From contig JAIPBE010000005.1 in NCBI GenBank assembly GCA_021738725.1, forward strand, positions 10,174 through 74,173: DNA of 64,000 bases, read 5' to 3'. The position numbers and the translations under genes were made by a program. Below are positions 62,043-64,000 of the stretch, piece by piece (position 1 is the first letter of the stretch; the number at the start of each line of letters is the position of its first letter). This stretch comes from Saprospiraceae bacterium (GTDB taxonomy: Bacteria > Bacteroidota > Bacteroidia > Chitinophagales > Saprospiraceae). The notes under the pieces were generated by a model, which was not told the DNA's origin, ran no database searches, and saw nothing but the letters and a program-made list of their open reading frames with translations.

Positions 62043-62909
62043 ATGAAATCGAGACGAGGCAACCGGTCCCGGCAAATCTATCTGATGATCACCCTTCTGG
62101 TCACCCTGTTCTTTGCTGGCACAGCAGCCTATTGTCTGATTTGGGCCAAACAGGCCGGCGATTCAGCAAGAGAATCCATTTTATATCTGGTAGAATGCAA
62201 AACGGATGTTTCCCCTTCGACCATCCTGGCCTACAAAGATCAATTAACGGCATCGGGCTGGATACGTTCTGTCCATTATATCTCCCCGGATCGGGCTGCT
62301 TTGCTCCTGGCAGAGGACGATCTCAATCTGGAACTTGGCGACCCGGATCAAGCTCTTCCTTCTTTGCCTGCCATGTTATCTGTCTACTTCCGGAAGGAAG
62401 CCTTTGATACTCCCGGGATCCTCGATAGCCTCTCGGCGAACATCCGGCAAAATGAGATCGTGGCCGGGATGTATGCACAGCCGGATCTGGCGGATATGTT
62501 GCAATCCAACTTAAAACAGATTGGGCAGGTACTGCTCGGGATGGCCATCGCTGTTTTGTTCCTCTGTGGTTTTCTGATGAACAGCTTGTTTAAATTGTCA
62601 CTGTATGCTGATCGCCGCGAGATCAAGACCATGCAATTGGTGGGGGCCAGTCCGTTCACAGTGCATCGTCCCTATATGGTCAGACATCTCGGACTAGCGG
62701 TAATTGCCGGAATTGTGGTCACGGGTATGCTGATCACCCTGCACAGCTACATTACAGACCTGGCGCCCTGGGAAATGCCCATCGAAACAATTCATATGTT
62801 CCTCATCCTGGGCGCAGGTCTACTGGGTCTAGCCATCATCTTGACCTTTATCGTTACCTACAGGGTAGTGAATAAGTATATCTTCGCAGATATTGAAACG
62901 CTGTTTTGA
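62043..62909 (+). CDS. ftsX: Cell-division ABC-transporter-like permease FtsX
   Basis: The order is N-terminal TM, a periplasmic domain, then IKTMQLVGASPFTVHRPYM and three C-terminal TMs. The ~290 aa length is as in Bacteroidota FtsX. I prefer ATG 62043 to the TTG at 62037. Confidence 0.75.
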   Translation: MKSRRGNRSRQIYLMITLLVTLFFAGTAAYCLIWAKQAGDSARESILYLVECKTDVSPSTILAYKDQLTASGWIRSVHYISPDRAALLLAEDDLNLELGDPDQALPSLPAMLSVYFRKEAFDTPGILDSLSANIRQNEIVAGMYAQPDLADMLQSNLKQIGQVLLGMAIAVLFLCGFLMNSLFKLSLYADRREIKTMQLVGASPFTVHRPYMVRHLGLAVIAGIVVTGMLITLHSYITDLAPWEMPIETIHMFLILGAGLLGLAIILTFIVTYRVVNKYIFADIETLF

Positions 62910-62911
62910 GC

Positions 62912-63232
62912 ATGAGCGCGAATACTCCACCTAAAAAGAAAGTTGTCGTCACCGGCAAAAAATCCCCTCCAACAGCGGCCAGCCGTGCCCGTCGATCCGA
63001 ATCGTCCGGTACAGATGAGCCTTTGCTGTATGGCCGTACGCATTACATGATCATGGGTGCGGGCATCCTGCTGATTGCCCTTGGGTTTATGTTGATGGCG
63101 GGCGGCAATATGCCCGATCCAGAGGTTTGGGATGAATCCATCATCTATTCTGGTCGACGGATCATCCTGGCTCCAATTGTCATCCTTGCGGGTCTTGGCC
63201 TGGAGATCTATGCGATCTTCAAGCGATCATGA
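62912..63232 (+). CDS. DUF3098 small membrane protein (conserved partner downstream of ftsX in Bacteroidota)
   Basis: YMIMGAGILLIALGFMLMAGG...DPEVWDESIIYSGRRIILAPIVILAGLGLEIYAIF. I prefer ATG 62912 to the TTG at 62906. Confidence 0.7.
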   Translation: MSANTPPKKKVVVTGKKSPPTAASRARRSESSGTDEPLLYGRTHYMIMGAGILLIALGFMLMAGGNMPDPEVWDESIIYSGRRIILAPIVILAGLGLEIYAIFKRS

Positions 63233-64000
63233 ACCAAGACCTACCCGATTCCCTCTCTTCTGATCATCTGGATCCGAAACGTATCGTTTCGCGTTCTTCA
63301 ATGGAACATATGCATCCGGAAATGGCTCGGGAAGGCCTCCTTTTTCTGGTTGACAAACCTTCAGGTTGGACCTCGTTTGATGTGGTCAACAAATGCCGTT
63401 GGCTTCTGCGCAAACGACTGGGATTAAAAAAGTTCAAGGTGGGCCATGCCGGCACTCTGGATCCAATGGCCACGGGCCTCCTCCTGATTTGTGCCGGACC
63501 CTACACCAAGCGCTTGCAGGACTTGCAGGGAATGGACAAGGTCTATTCGGGCGCCGTCACTCTGGGAGCTGTCACAGCCAGTTATGATGCGGATAGCCGG
63601 GAAGAAGATCCCCGGCCATGGGACCATATTGAAGATCAGGAGATTCAAAGAGCCATCCAGACACTGACAGGTGAGATCCTCCAGCAACCTCCTGCATATT
63701 CAGCTTTGAAAGTCGATGGTCAAAGGGCCTACGCCCTGGCTCGCAAAGGCCAGGAGGTCATATTGGCTGCCCGACCAGTGACCGTCCATTCCTTTGACCT
63801 GATCAGTCGAGAAGGCGCTATGATCACTTTTCGTGTCCACTGTTCAAAAGGTACATATATCCGTAGCCTGGCCCATGATCTAGGACAAATACTCGGATGT
63901 GGCGCCTATCTTTCTGCTCTGCAACGGGACGCAATCGGACCGTACACCTTACCTTCTGCTTTACATATTTCGGATATGGCGCGGTGGACAGGTGATCCCA
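63229..64000 (+). CDS. truB: tRNA pseudouridine(55) synthase TruB, 3-prime end beyond the window. It is not in the supplied ORF track because no stop is reached.
   Basis: My own translation from ATG 63229 is open to nt 64000. It reads ...LFLVDKPSGWTSFDVV...KVGHAGTLDPMATGLLLICAG...YSGAVTLGA.T.SYD...QQPPAYSALKVDGQRAY.LAR.G......RPVTVH.....CSKGTYIRSLAHDLG. The catalytic Asp is in GTLDP. The ATG overlaps the DUF3098 stop as ATGA. Confidence 0.9.
   Translation, partial: MNQDLPDSLSSDHLDPKRIVSRSSMEHMHPEMAREGLLFLVDKPSGWTSFDVVNKCRWLLRKRLGLKKFKVGHAGTLDPMATGLLLICAGPYTKRLQDLQGMDKVYSGAVTLGAVTASYDADSREEDPRPWDHIEDQEIQRAIQTLTGEILQQPPAYSALKVDGQRAYALARKGQEVILAARPVTVHSFDLISREGAMITFRVHCSKGTYIRSLAHDLGQILGCGAYLSALQRDAIGPYTLPSALHISDMARWTGDP

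Noticed and set aside
1-64000. A window-wide search by eye for CRISPR arrays, rRNA/tRNA genes, transposases, integrases, phage genes, toxin-antitoxin pairs or known defence-system genes
   Set aside because: I found no regularly spaced direct repeats, no rRNA- or tRNA-like sequences, and no ORF with DDE/tyrosine-recombinase, nuclease-helicase or other defence-type motifs. The window looks like core chromosome with adhesin and envelope accessory genes rather than a mobile or defence island.

Overview
This is a 64-kb chromosomal segment with clear Bacteroidota hallmarks. These include the gldA/gldF/gldG gliding-motility ABC genes, three giant surface proteins with T9SS C-terminal sorting domains, and a fused secDF. 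They also include an exbB-exbD-exbD-tonB-folC block, an ftsX-DUF3098-truB block and TAnnTTTG -7 promoter boxes. The SprB/HYR-rich adhesins suggest a gliding Saprospiria/Cytophagia-like organism, but that is inference only. I call 48 protein-coding genes. One is 5-prime truncated at the left edge. One, truB, runs off the right edge and is absent from the ORF track. I found no rRNA, tRNA, CRISPR array, transposase, integrase or phage genes. Most genes are housekeeping: leuS, secDF, folC, ubiX, aroE, rarA, truB, beta-oxidation genes, prolyl oligopeptidase, proline dehydrogenase and arginine deiminase. Six things stand out. (1) The best candidate for an undescribed system is a tightly packed six-gene minus-strand operon (19687-26132). 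It encodes a coiled-coil protein, a membrane-anchored PspA/IM30-like protein, a substrate-binding-protein::OmpA fusion, a NitT/TauT-type permease and ATPase, and an orphan secreted protein. (2) A WbqC-like gene is translationally coupled (ATGA) to a bacterial dynamin-like GTPase. (3) A 1499-aa T9SS adhesin carries three eukaryote-like C-type lectin domains (QPD/QPE motifs), HYR-like modules and a GEVED domain. (4) A 1932-aa T9SS adhesin has the architecture FN3/P-domain/FN3/MAM/metal-binding motif plus 13 SprB repeats. (5) An orphan secreted ORF is wedged into a gldA-X-gldF-gldG-DUF4340 operon. That operon continues into a Zn-phospholipase-C-like gene and a DUF368 gene. (6) A perfect 14-bp palindrome sits between a -7 box and the beta-oxidation operon. 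All functional calls rest on motifs read by eye, gene order and remembered family signatures. No database or HMM search was possible, so family names should be confirmed.
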